NCBI GenBank assembly: GCA_015062005.1 | Contig: SUVL01000006.1 | Span: 11,029-75,028, forward strand | Length of the DNA stretch: 64,000 bases | Source: Akkermansiaceae bacterium | GTDB taxonomy: Bacteria; Verrucomicrobiota; Verrucomicrobiia; Verrucomicrobiales; Akkermansiaceae | Direction: 5' to 3' | In this document: piece after piece, positions 1-7,848 of the stretch | Layout of the letters: the number at the start of each line of letters is the position of its first letter | Position numbering within the stretch: the first letter of the stretch is position 1 | Program-made: the position numbers and the translations under genes | Notes under the pieces: model-generated | Database searches by the model: none | What the model was told of the DNA's origin: nothing | What the model saw: the letters and a program-made list of their open reading frames with translations, nothing else

Positions 1-227
1 AGTCTGCAGGGAAACTGACGCGCCACATAGGCGGCCAGCAGCCGCGCTGCAAGCCGCCGCGGCTGCACCACGATGATGGTGCCTTTTTCTCCCCAGCCTG
101 CTTCCAGCAGCATGCCGGGAACCCGCGTTGATTTGCCGCTGCCCGTGGGTGCGCTGAGTAATACGCAGAACCCCGGTTCCTTTACCGCTTCCAGAATCTC
201 ACCTCGTATCTGCTCAATGGGCAACAT
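1..227 (-). CDS. hrpB: DEAH-box ATP-dependent helicase, HrpB-like, N-terminal 75 codons only (continues past window edge)
   Basis: Reverse-strand ATG (CAT at 225-227) gives MLPIEQIRGEILEAVKEPGFCVLLSAPTGSGKSTRVPGMLLE..IIVVQPRRLAARLLA. It has Walker A GSGKST and the QPRRLAAR motif typical of HrpA/HrpB. It is absent from the ORF track because it is truncated. Confidence 0.6.
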   Translation of the reverse strand, partial: MLPIEQIRGEILEAVKEPGFCVLLSAPTGSGKSTRVPGMLLEAGWGEKGTIIVVQPRRLAARLLAAYVARQFPCR

Positions 228-270
228 AGCGCGACCGATTGTACACCAGGAGCTCGCGTAAAGTCAATTT

Positions 271-312
271 GAATTACGAATGACGAGTTACGAATTACGA
301 AGTGAAAAGTTC
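271..312 (-). repeat. Heptamer tandem-repeat module ((A/C)TTCGTA-like x5 plus AACTTTTCA), inverted copy
   Basis: The reverse complement reads aacttttcacttcgtaattcgtaactcgtcattcgtaattc. It aligns without gaps to 535-575 (aactttcaattcgtaaatcgtaaattgtcaatcgtaaatcc) and to the module at 43091-43131. Confidence 0.7.
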
Positions 313-470
313 CGCAGGCTCTCGCCTGCCAGTATGGAATTATTTGATGCTCAATGGCGAGCTGCAGGTGTCCGCCTCGGTGTAGGCGATAGCCGAAGAC
401 AGACGCGGAGCTTATAATTCGTAACTCGTAATTTTGGAGTTGAGTACGATAAAGAGAAAAAATGCGGAAG

Positions 471-603
471 GGGTATCACAAACTCCACCATCGGCAGTAA
501 GCTTTCATTTGTGTCCCTATCGGCGTAAGCCGCTAACTTTCAATTCGTAAATCGTAAATTGTCAATCGTAAATCCTCGTGTCCCAAATCTTTGGGACACG
601 CGT
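471..603 (+). repeat. Conserved structured intergenic element, copy A (GNRA hairpin + heptamer array + 10-bp palindrome)
   Basis: Hand alignment to the reverse complement of 43062-43195 gives roughly 85-90% identity with no gaps. It contains cggc-GTAA-gccg (521-532), the heptamer array (535-575) and the perfect palindrome gtgtcccaaa-tc-tttgggacac (578-599). Confidence 0.8.
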
Positions 604-633
604 GGATGAATGGAGGGAGAGAAATCTTTAAGC

Positions 634-662
634 TTGACTTGCGGGCACTTTCGCGGTAGTCT
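634..662 (+). promoter_or_regulatory. Possible sigma70-type promoter for tpiA (TTGACT-17-TAGTCT)
   Basis: -35 TTGACT at 634-639, 17-nt spacer, weak -10 TAGTCT at 657-662, 32 nt upstream of the tpiA ATG. Confidence 0.3.
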
Positions 663-694
663 TGTGCCCGTCATAACAAGACATTCATAATACT

Positions 695-1459
695 ATGTCC
701 CGTACCCCCATCATTGCCGCTAACTGGAAGATGAACAAGGGCCCGAAGGAAGCCAAGGAATTCCTCGCAGCCCTTAAGGATGAGCTTACTTGCGAGTGCA
801 AGGCTGTTGACAAGGTGATCGTTCCCCCGTTTGTGACGATTCCCGCCGTCATGGAGACGCTGAACGGCTGCACCTGCGTGGGTGTTGGCGCTCAGGACGT
901 GAGCGACCGCGACAACGGTGCCTTCACCGGTGAGATTTCTACTGCCATGCTGAATGAGCTGGGCTGCAAGTATGTGGTGCTTGGCCACAGCGAGCGCCGC
1001 CAGTACCATGGCGAGACCAACGCATACATCAACAAGAAGATTAAGAAGGCTCTTGCCGCCGGAATCTGCCCGATTTACTGCATCGGTGAGACGCTGGAGC
1101 AGCGCCAGGGTGGTGAGCTTGAGACTGTGCTCAAGAGCCAGGTGGTGGAAGGCCTTGAGGGCCTGACCGCTGACGAGGTGGCCGGTCTGGTCATCGCTTA
1201 CGAGCCCGTGTGGGCCATTGGTACTGGTGTGACCGCCTCTTCTGCTGATGCTCAGGCTGCTCATGCCTTCATCCGCGGCGTGGTGGCCGAAGCTTTCGGC
1301 GCTGCCGCAGCTGAGGCTGTGCGTCTGCAGTACGGTGGTTCCGTGAAGCCCGACAACGCTGCCGAGCTCATGAGCCAGCCCGACATTGATGGCGCCCTCG
1401 TGGGTGGCGCCGCTCTGAAGGCTGATTCCTTCGCCGCCATCATCAAGGCTGCTCTGTAA
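695..1459 (+). CDS. tpiA: Triosephosphate isomerase
   Basis: 254 aa with IAANWKMNKG, GHSERR and AYEPVWAIGTG motifs. Confidence 0.95.
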   Translation: MSRTPIIAANWKMNKGPKEAKEFLAALKDELTCECKAVDKVIVPPFVTIPAVMETLNGCTCVGVGAQDVSDRDNGAFTGEISTAMLNELGCKYVVLGHSERRQYHGETNAYINKKIKKALAAGICPIYCIGETLEQRQGGELETVLKSQVVEGLEGLTADEVAGLVIAYEPVWAIGTGVTASSADAQAAHAFIRGVVAEAFGAAAAEAVRLQYGGSVKPDNAAELMSQPDIDGALVGGAALKADSFAAIIKAAL

Positions 1460-1494
1460 GGTTTCCGCTCAGAGATAAGATTCTCAATGAAAAA

Positions 1495-1526
1495 GTCCGC
1501 AGGCTGAGGCTTGCGGATTTTTTTTG
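1495..1526 (+). terminator. Rho-independent terminator after tpiA
   Basis: Stem tccgcaggc / gcttgcgga with loop tgag, followed by a T8 run. Confidence 0.75.
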
Positions 1527-1539
1527 TGAGGGGCGTGAG

Positions 1540-1580
1540 CAAGAAAATGCCGCATCCGCCCCGGGGGGAGATGCGGCATG
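1540..1580 (-). terminator. Rho-independent terminator after rsfS
   Basis: Perfect 10-bp stem atgccgcatc (1547-1556) / gatgcggcat (1570-1579). On the minus strand it is followed by TTTCTT. Confidence 0.6.
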
Positions 1581-1606
1581 AAAAAGCAGGCAGGGAGAAG
1601 GAGGAA

Positions 1607-1966
1607 TCAGGCCTCGTCGCCGTCGTTCCACTCGATGCGGTTCTCCGGCTTCCAGAGTTCCTCCAGCTCGTAGAAATCACGGGTTTCGCCAGCCATGACG
1701 TGCAGCATCACGTCGATGTAGTCGAGCACGCACCACAGGGCGTTTGGAGTGCGCTCGGCATATACGGGGGAGATTTCGTACTTCTGCCACACTTCCTTGT
1801 CCACATCGCCCATGATGGCGCGGAGATGCGGCACGGAGGTGGCGGTGCAGACGATGGCGTAGTCTGTGATGGAGGAGGTGCCGCGCAGGTCGTAGATGGC
1901 AATATCGGATGCCTTGGCATCGCAAGCCACCTGGGCGCAGGCAAAGGCGAGTTTCTTGCTGTTCAT
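1607..1966 (-). CDS. rsfS: Ribosome silencing factor RsfS
   Basis: Internal Met of the 164-aa track ORF gives MNSKKLAFACAQVACDAKASDIAIYDL..DYAIVCTATS..HLRAI, the RsfS/iojap pattern. The longer ORF would overlap the ftsH 3' end. Confidence 0.85.
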   Translation of the reverse strand: MNSKKLAFACAQVACDAKASDIAIYDLRGTSSITDYAIVCTATSVPHLRAIMGDVDKEVWQKYEISPVYAERTPNALWCVLDYIDVMLHVMAGETRDFYELEELWKPENRIEWNDGDEA

Positions 1967-1991
1967 ATTGTGTGTGTGTCGGTAAAGGGGG

Positions 1992-4307
1992 TTAGATGTT
2001 ATCTTTCTTTTCTTCTGGGGCTGAGGAATCCTCACTGGCTGATTCCTGCGGAGCCGGGGGCTCATCATCGGGCGTTTCCAGATCGGTGGGGGCATCCTCA
2101 TCCTCGGGGATGGGCGGGGGCAGCTGGCGCACGGGCGGGTCGGTCATCTCGCCGGTTTCCAGCAGCTCGGTCACCTGCTTGCCGCTCAGCGTTTCGAACT
2201 CGATGAGCTTGTCCGCTATAAGGAGCAGGCGTTCCTTGTTCTCGGTGAGAATCTGCACGGCGCGGTTGTAGTTCTCCGTCACGATGCGCTGGATTTCCTC
2301 ATCGATAATCTGGGCGGTGTGCTCCGAGAAGTTGCGGGTGGTCTGGGAGATATCGCGGGCCAGGAATACTTCACTGTGGTTCGTGCCGTATTCGATGGGG
2401 CCGAGCTTCTCGCTCATGCCGTAGACGCAGACCATCTTGCGGGCAATATTGGTTGCCTGGTGGATATCGCCGCGGGCGCCGCCGGAAACATCGCCGAACA
2501 CCACGAGCTCAGCGCAGCGGCCGCCCATGGCCATCACGATGTAGTCCAGCAGCTCGCTCTTGTATTCGCTGTGCTTATCCTCATCCGGCAGCATCATGGT
2601 CACACCCAGGGCCGGGCCGCGGGGGATGATGGTGACCTTGTGCAGCGGCAGGCTCTTGGCCAGCGCGGTTTTCAGCAGGCACACGGCGTGGCCGGCTTCG
2701 TGTACGGCGGTCATGTACTTCTCCTTGTCGGAGATTTCCAGGGAACGGCGCTCGCGCCCCCAGCGTACCTTCTCGCGGGCTTCCTCCAGGTCGCTCTGGT
2801 CAACCGTGGGCTTGTTCTGTCGGGCGGCGATGAGGGCTGCCTCGTTCACCAGGTTGGCCAGCTCTGCGCCGGAGAAACCGGTGGTGGCGCGGGCAATCGG
2901 GCCCAGATCCACCTCCGGGGAAAGTTTTATCTTGCGGGCATGCACGCGCAGGATCTGCTCACGCCCGGCGGCATCCGGCAGGTTCACTGTCACCTGGCGG
3001 TCAAAGCGGCCGGGGCGCAGCAGGGCGGGGTCGAGCACGTCCACGCGGTTGGTGGCGGCAATGACGATGACATTTTCGTTGGCCGTGAAACCGTCCATCT
3101 CCACAAGCAGGGCGTTGAGCGTCTGCTCGCGTTCATCGTGACCACCGCCCACGCCGTGGCCACGGTGGCGACCCACCGCATCAATCTCATCGATGAAGAT
3201 AAGGCAGGGGTTGTGCTTCTTGGCCTCGGCAAACATATCGCGCACGCGGCTGGCACCCACACCCACGAACATTTCCACAAAGTCGGAACCGGAGATGGTG
3301 TAGAAGGGAACCCCGGCCTCACCTGCAATGGCGCGGGCCAGCAGGGTCTTACCTGTGCCGGGAGGCCCCACCATGAGCACGCCCTTGGGAATGGTGCCGC
3401 CCAGGTTGCGGAATTTCTTCGGGTTGCGCAGGAACTCCACGATTTCCCACACTTCCTCCTTGGCTTCAGAGATGCCGGCCACATCCTTGAAGGTGACCTT
3501 GTTCTGGCTGGGGTCGAGCAGCCGGGCGCGGCTGCGGGCAAACTTCATGGCGCCGCCGGGGCCGCCGCCCTGGGCTCGGAAGAAGAAGAACAGGAGCAGC
3601 AGCACGATGGCGAAGGGCAGCACGTTGATGAGGAACATGCTCCAGGTGTTGCTCTCCACTACGTATTTCACCTGGTTGCCCAGCAGGTCGCGCACCTGCT
3701 CGCCCTGGAAGGCGGAGTTGAACTCCACGCGCACCGGCTCCAGATCCTTCAGCTGGGCCTTGGTGGACGGCGCAAGGCGGTACTCGCCCACGATGATTCC
3801 CTGACCGTTCCCCTCGTAGATGACCGGGCTGTTGCCGGTGGTGATGATGCGGCCCTCGGCCCCCATGCGTGCAAAATCATCTGTGGACCAGATGCGGTCG
3901 CCCTGGGGTTCCTTCGGGGCTGTTTCCACGCGGGTGGTGGTGATGCCGAAACGGTTGCAGAGGGCACGGATTTCATCCGAATCGGTAAAGGGCATGTAGA
4001 AGGCGGCCTTCGGGTACTGCGGCACATTGCGGTACTCGAATGCGGAGATGATACCCTCGGTGGATGAGGCATCCAGCGTTACTTCAACCGGGAATTCCTT
4101 GGGCTGGTTGAGCACCACTTTGCCGGCGCGGTAATCCTGCTTGAATTGCTCCAGACTGATGGTCCTGCCGGGGGAGGCCAGGGCTCCATCGAACATGAAG
4201 GCAACCATGAGGATACCAACGATGACGGCCATGAGAATCATGACGCCCCAGTTTGTGTTTCCTCCAGGTGTGGGTAATTTGTTGGGTTGTTTGTTCGGGT
4301 CAGACAT
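1992..4307 (-). CDS. ftsH: ATP-dependent zinc metalloprotease FtsH
   Basis: 771 aa with Walker [12 protein letters not shown] region, HEAGH zinc site and two TM helices. The segment between the TMs is about 185 aa, which is unusually long, and there is an acidic C-terminal tail. Confidence 0.95.
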   Translation of the reverse strand: MSDPNKQPNKLPTPGGNTNWGVMILMAVIVGILMVAFMFDGALASPGRTISLEQFKQDYRAGKVVLNQPKEFPVEVTLDASSTEGIISAFEYRNVPQYPKAAFYMPFTDSDEIRALCNRFGITTTRVETAPKEPQGDRIWSTDDFARMGAEGRIITTGNSPVIYEGNGQGIIVGEYRLAPSTKAQLKDLEPVRVEFNSAFQGEQVRDLLGNQVKYVVESNTWSMFLINVLPFAIVLLLLFFFFRAQGGGPGGAMKFARSRARLLDPSQNKVTFKDVAGISEAKEEVWEIVEFLRNPKKFRNLGGTIPKGVLMVGPPGTGKTLLARAIAGEAGVPFYTISGSDFVEMFVGVGASRVRDMFAEAKKHNPCLIFIDEIDAVGRHRGHGVGGGHDEREQTLNALLVEMDGFTANENVIVIAATNRVDVLDPALLRPGRFDRQVTVNLPDAAGREQILRVHARKIKLSPEVDLGPIARATTGFSGAELANLVNEAALIAARQNKPTVDQSDLEEAREKVRWGRERRSLEISDKEKYMTAVHEAGHAVCLLKTALAKSLPLHKVTIIPRGPALGVTMMLPDEDKHSEYKSELLDYIVMAMGGRCAELVVFGDVSGGARGDIHQATNIARKMVCVYGMSEKLGPIEYGTNHSEVFLARDISQTTRNFSEHTAQIIDEEIQRIVTENYNRAVQILTENKERLLLIADKLIEFETLSGKQVTELLETGEMTDPPVRQLPPPIPEDEDAPTDLETPDDEPPAPQESASEDSSAPEEKKDNI

Positions 4308-4466
4308 ATGGTCCAGTTTTACTTTTTCGCATTTTACCGTAGTTATTCCAGTTGCGGAATAGCCTTTTGTGCCATAAACGCCAAAAATGGCGTCAGTATA
4401 GCGTTCATCCGCCCCAGAAAAATGCCACAGATGTGTGTGGGGGGGGACGATTCCTGTGTGGTAATC

Positions 4467-6152
4467 TTATAAACTCTGGTAGTTCAGAACTATTTCCCAG
4501 TTCTTATCCTGTGAATAAAAGTTTGCCAGTTCGTTTATCCTTATACTATCCTGATGATCATCATGTAATTGAATGCATTTATAGATGAGGTAGCCTGTTC
4601 CCACAGCGATAATGGCAACGCCTCCCCCCACAACCAGAGCCCCCATGGCTGCCCCACCACCACCTGCTGCAAGGGTCCCACCCCCATATATTGCAAGGGT
4701 TGCATTTGAGGCTGCTGCTCCGCTCAGCGAGGATATTGCCGTTCCTGTTGAAGCGGCCATGCTTAATGCTGCCGGGGCCGCCATCATCGCACTGTAAGCA
4801 CCTATCGACGCGACCGTTGCCCCGGCTGAGACAACGGCTCCCTGGTGTGCCTCGTTCCAGGAGGCCTTGCCGCTCATGGCCAGACCATAACCAGCAAGTG
4901 CATCAACTGCCGCAAAAATGCCGCTTCCGCGTATGAAGGCTCTGGGCATCATGAGAGTGGCTGCGGATCTCCCATAACGAGTCATTGACAAGCCCTTTCC
5001 AATCGCATATTGTTCTACGCCTTGCACTAAGGCTCCGCCGACAGTCGCGACTGCTCCACTGTACGCCAATTGAAAACCGGAAACTTTCTGATTGACGAGA
5101 AGTTGAATACCTGCGTCCAGTCCAACGGAACCTGCACCCATCAGTCCACTGCTCAGCGTGATGGCTTTGACTTGTGAATTGGGGGTAATACCCTGGCGCA
5201 AGGTCATGTTTTTCTGACAGTCTTTGGCAATCTGCATGGCCTTTCCTTCCGGAAGGTCACATGTAGTCATTATTTTCTGTGCTATCAGATTGCGTACGTC
5301 ATCCGATATTAATCCCTTTTTATCCAGAGCCCCGGGAAGCACGACCTCACCGGTGACAGGCAGTTGCTTCAGAGTTGTATGATGAGAGATGTTATCTGCG
5401 TCGTATATGGTGATACGCATGTCTTGCTCTACCGGGTTGAGGTGGAAAATACGGGAGCGGTAACTCACCGTGCCGTTCCCGGCGGCCTGCAGAAATTTGC
5501 CGTAATGCTCAGCAAGCCTCTGAGCTTCCGCCAGGTCGGATATATCGCCGTCAAATTTCCATGGAGATTTAGCATCTTTCCGCCAGAAATGTACATCCTT
5601 TCCACTTTTCAGTGTGACATTATGGACGTGGCTGCCGGAGAATTGAGGTCGCTTTGCCGGTTGGATGTTTTCTGTTTTTGCAATATGGGCGTATCTGTTC
5701 CCTAAAGCAATGATACGTTTACTTTTCCACGGTCCCCCCATCTGGATGCCATCTTTTGTGAGCCCCAGCTGACTGCTCCCATATTTGGACTCGGCAATCA
5801 TCAGGTCATGGGGAAAGCCATTTTCATCCAGTTTGATGAAGATATGATCCAGACCTTGCGGGCCGGAGCGGGGCCGAATGGATTTCCATGAGTGCCCTTT
5901 GCTATCTTTCTGCAGGAAGACGGATTCGGTGAGAGATTCGCCTATGGCACCTTTCATGCCTGGCAGGTTATTCCCCATGACAGAACGAGCAAAAGCAACA
6001 TCCGGACGAGTGCTCATGGAGCCGATGCTCACACTCAGCCCGGCAGCATGCGTGTTGTGCATCTCCTCCGTTTCTCCTAGCGCTATCTGGCAACACAGAA
6101 GAAGGCAGAGAGGAAACTTCTGTAGAAAGCTCTTCATGTTAAAATTCTTCAA
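4467..6152 (-). CDS. Hypothetical secreted/membrane protein: signal peptide, Mrr-like PD-(D/E)xK motif, Gly/Ala-rich hydrophobic C-terminal region
   Basis: 561 aa. The N-terminus MKNFNMKSFLQKFPLCLLLCCQIALG looks like a signal peptide. GLDHIFIKLDENGFPHDLMIAESKYG matches GxD...ExK of restriction-endonuclease-fold domains. Residues about 330-525 are rich in small residues (GxxxG/AxxxA) and hydrophobic. The gene is AT-rich relative to its flanks. Confidence 0.6.
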   Translation of the reverse strand: MKNFNMKSFLQKFPLCLLLCCQIALGETEEMHNTHAAGLSVSIGSMSTRPDVAFARSVMGNNLPGMKGAIGESLTESVFLQKDSKGHSWKSIRPRSGPQGLDHIFIKLDENGFPHDLMIAESKYGSSQLGLTKDGIQMGGPWKSKRIIALGNRYAHIAKTENIQPAKRPQFSGSHVHNVTLKSGKDVHFWRKDAKSPWKFDGDISDLAEAQRLAEHYGKFLQAAGNGTVSYRSRIFHLNPVEQDMRITIYDADNISHHTTLKQLPVTGEVVLPGALDKKGLISDDVRNLIAQKIMTTCDLPEGKAMQIAKDCQKNMTLRQGITPNSQVKAITLSSGLMGAGSVGLDAGIQLLVNQKVSGFQLAYSGAVATVGGALVQGVEQYAIGKGLSMTRYGRSAATLMMPRAFIRGSGIFAAVDALAGYGLAMSGKASWNEAHQGAVVSAGATVASIGAYSAMMAAPAALSMAASTGTAISSLSGAAASNATLAIYGGGTLAAGGGGAAMGALVVGGGVAIIAVGTGYLIYKCIQLHDDHQDSIRINELANFYSQDKNWEIVLNYQSL

Positions 6153-7717
6153 TTGATTTCTTCTGACTCAGAGCAAGAATTTTCATGGCGGAAGCTGCTT
6201 TTGTGCCGTTATATTCATCTATCACTTTGGCACGAATATACTGGTATATCTCCATGCTTTCAGGAGTAAGTAGCGTTACGTCAATCTCATATATCTTATA
6301 ATGATTCATTATTGAATCTGCATCTTCATCATTAAAAGGATTGCAACGCTCGTGGAAGTCAATGGCCGTCTTGCATTTATCCACTGCCCACATCTGATAT
6401 GCGGCCTTGCGAGCCTTCTGCAGGTTATCGATTTCGCCAGAAAGCGTATTCATCTTTTTCTTGCATTCAAGCAACATATTATTATTGGTGATACCAGGCA
6501 GCAAGGCATTGAGCTTTGCTGCCTTGCGGCTCAGCAGCTGCAGTCTGGTGGTGAGTTCTCCGCCGTTGAGGGGGATTGCTTCATCAAACATATTGAACTG
6601 GCTTTTGAACCTTTCTGGCAGACTGTCGATGCTGTCCGTGTATACACAATCGAACACTTGTTGCATGAATTTGGCCTTCAGGTCATCAGTTTTTGTTTCA
6701 CAAGTCCGGATCCGGTTGGCAAATTGTTTGAGTTGGGCAGGGTAGGCCTCGGGAATGGCTGAGAGGTCGTGGCTCATGAGATTAATGGTGGCGGCATAGG
6801 CTGATTGAAGTTTTGCAGCGATAATATCAAGTTGATCCATATCGATGAACTGGTTCTGATTCAGAGCCTGTTCTATGGGGTGAATGGCGTTTTCTATGTT
6901 ATTGGCACCAAGAAGGTACGTGAGCAGGGATGATGTCTTCTTCAGCTCTGTTTCATCGTTATCCTGCTGGAGCAGGGCGAGCCGTTGCTGGCAAACGGTG
7001 ATTTGCTCCTGATAATTCCCTGGAGTTTCAAGTTTCTTCCACTGTTCCGCGAGGGTGTTTTGTAATTCTTGTTCGGCCTTTTGCTGTTTTTGCTCTGCTT
7101 CTGCCAGCTTCGTTTCTCTGATGGAAGAAATGCGTTTACGAAGCGATTCGGCCAGAGTTGAGAGCTCTGGCATTTGGTCAGCCTGTACTTTGTACATGCC
7201 GGCATCCAGAATGTTGAGGACTTCTTCCAGCCTTGCTGCATCTGCATCGGAGATATTCTCTGCCAGATTTGCAATGTTTGCGTAATACTTGATTTGTGAG
7301 GGATTGGAAGATAACGCGTTGATGCCGTATATCAAGGCACTGTTGAAATCCTTTGCCACCTTGAGTTCCTGGGATTTTTTTCCATGCTTCTTCGGCAAGA
7401 CTCGAGTTGCGATTGATGCTTTCTACTTCTTTTCGTATCTGAGCTATCAGCTCGGAGTGTGTATGAATAGCCTCTTCCTGCATATCTTTCACCGCTTTAA
7501 GCTCATTGATAAGGTCCTTGGTTTGTTCAATACACACGGCCATCTCCTCAGTATGCATCTGATTGGTCAGATTAGCATTCTGTAGTTCGGTTACAGTTTG
7601 CGAAAGGCTTGTGATATCCTTCTGTATGTCTGCCTGCTTGTACAGTATGGCGGCTGCGAGCCCCGATAACAGCAGCGTTGCTCCTCCGGCTAAAATTGCG
7701 GTTCCTTTTGCCTTCAT
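6139..7717 (-). CDS. TM-anchored all-helical coiled-coil protein; reading frame interrupted at an A7 tract (7375-7381)
   Basis: Track ORF 7178..7717 starts MKAKGTAILAGGATLLLSGLAAAILY (a TM helix) followed by coiled coil. After the A7 run its frame becomes R/C/Q-rich and looks non-coding. Track ORF 6139..7398 continues with plausible helical sequence. Removing one A fuses them: ..EEAWKK-SQELKVAKDF... The 3' end overlaps the start of the 561-aa gene by 14 nt. Confidence 0.5.
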
Positions 7718-7804
7718 GTGTGAAAATGGAATGTCGTTTGATTAATGCAGGTTTGAATAATGAGAAATCCAGATGTTTGTTTTATGGCAAAGTGCCTGAA
7801 AATG

Positions 7805-7832
7805 AAACAAGCGCAACTGAGTGCGCTTGTTT
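7805..7832 (-). terminator. Rho-independent terminator after ribBA
   Basis: Perfect 11-bp stem aaacaagcgca / tgcgcttgttt with a 6-nt loop. On the minus strand it is followed by CATTTTC. Confidence 0.7.
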
Positions 7833-7848
7833 GCCATATAAAAGGCGG

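Noticed and set aside
73-261. 62-aa plus-strand ORF at the window start.
   Set aside because: The opposite strand encodes a convincing HrpB-like helicase N-terminus (GSGKST, QPRRLAAR). The plus-strand translation is Pro/Ser-rich and looks non-coding.
578-599. The 10-bp palindrome of the repeated element as a rho-independent terminator.
   Set aside because: No U-tract follows it on either strand in either copy. In both loci the upstream gene is divergent, so there is no transcript to terminate.
1967-2101. 5' extensions of track ORFs. Examples are rsfS to 2101, lpxD to 22482, purE to 37542, hemB from 43854, EEP from 44921, HAD from 17993, nadE from 25131, ROK from 47864 and GT-C to 47875.
   Set aside because: The extensions overlap neighbouring genes or promoter and terminator elements and translate to Pro/Arg/Ser-rich sequence. 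Internal Met codons align with the conserved N-termini of the families.
2319-4067. Long antisense ORFs opposite real genes. Examples are 2319..4067, 7678..9270, 9038..10951, 13319..14776, 34901..35950, 50214..51485, 51625..52656, 52867..53754 and 56104..57384.
   Set aside because: Their translations are low-complexity and rich in G/A/V/H/L/R, with no recognisable motifs. Each lies opposite a gene with unambiguous conserved motifs. This is the usual open-frame artefact of GC-rich DNA.
7178-7374. C-terminal 65 aa of the 179-aa ORF as genuine coding sequence, meaning two independent overlapping genes.
   Set aside because: Downstream of the A7 tract this frame becomes R/C/Q/H-rich and non-protein-like. 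The other frame continues as helical protein, so a frame break at the homopolymer is the simpler explanation.
4308-7848. Classifying the AT-rich insert as a defined mobile element or genomic island.
   Set aside because: I found no integrase, transposase or recombinase gene, no tRNA target, and no terminal inverted or direct repeats at the boundaries. Only base composition and orphan gene content support foreign origin.
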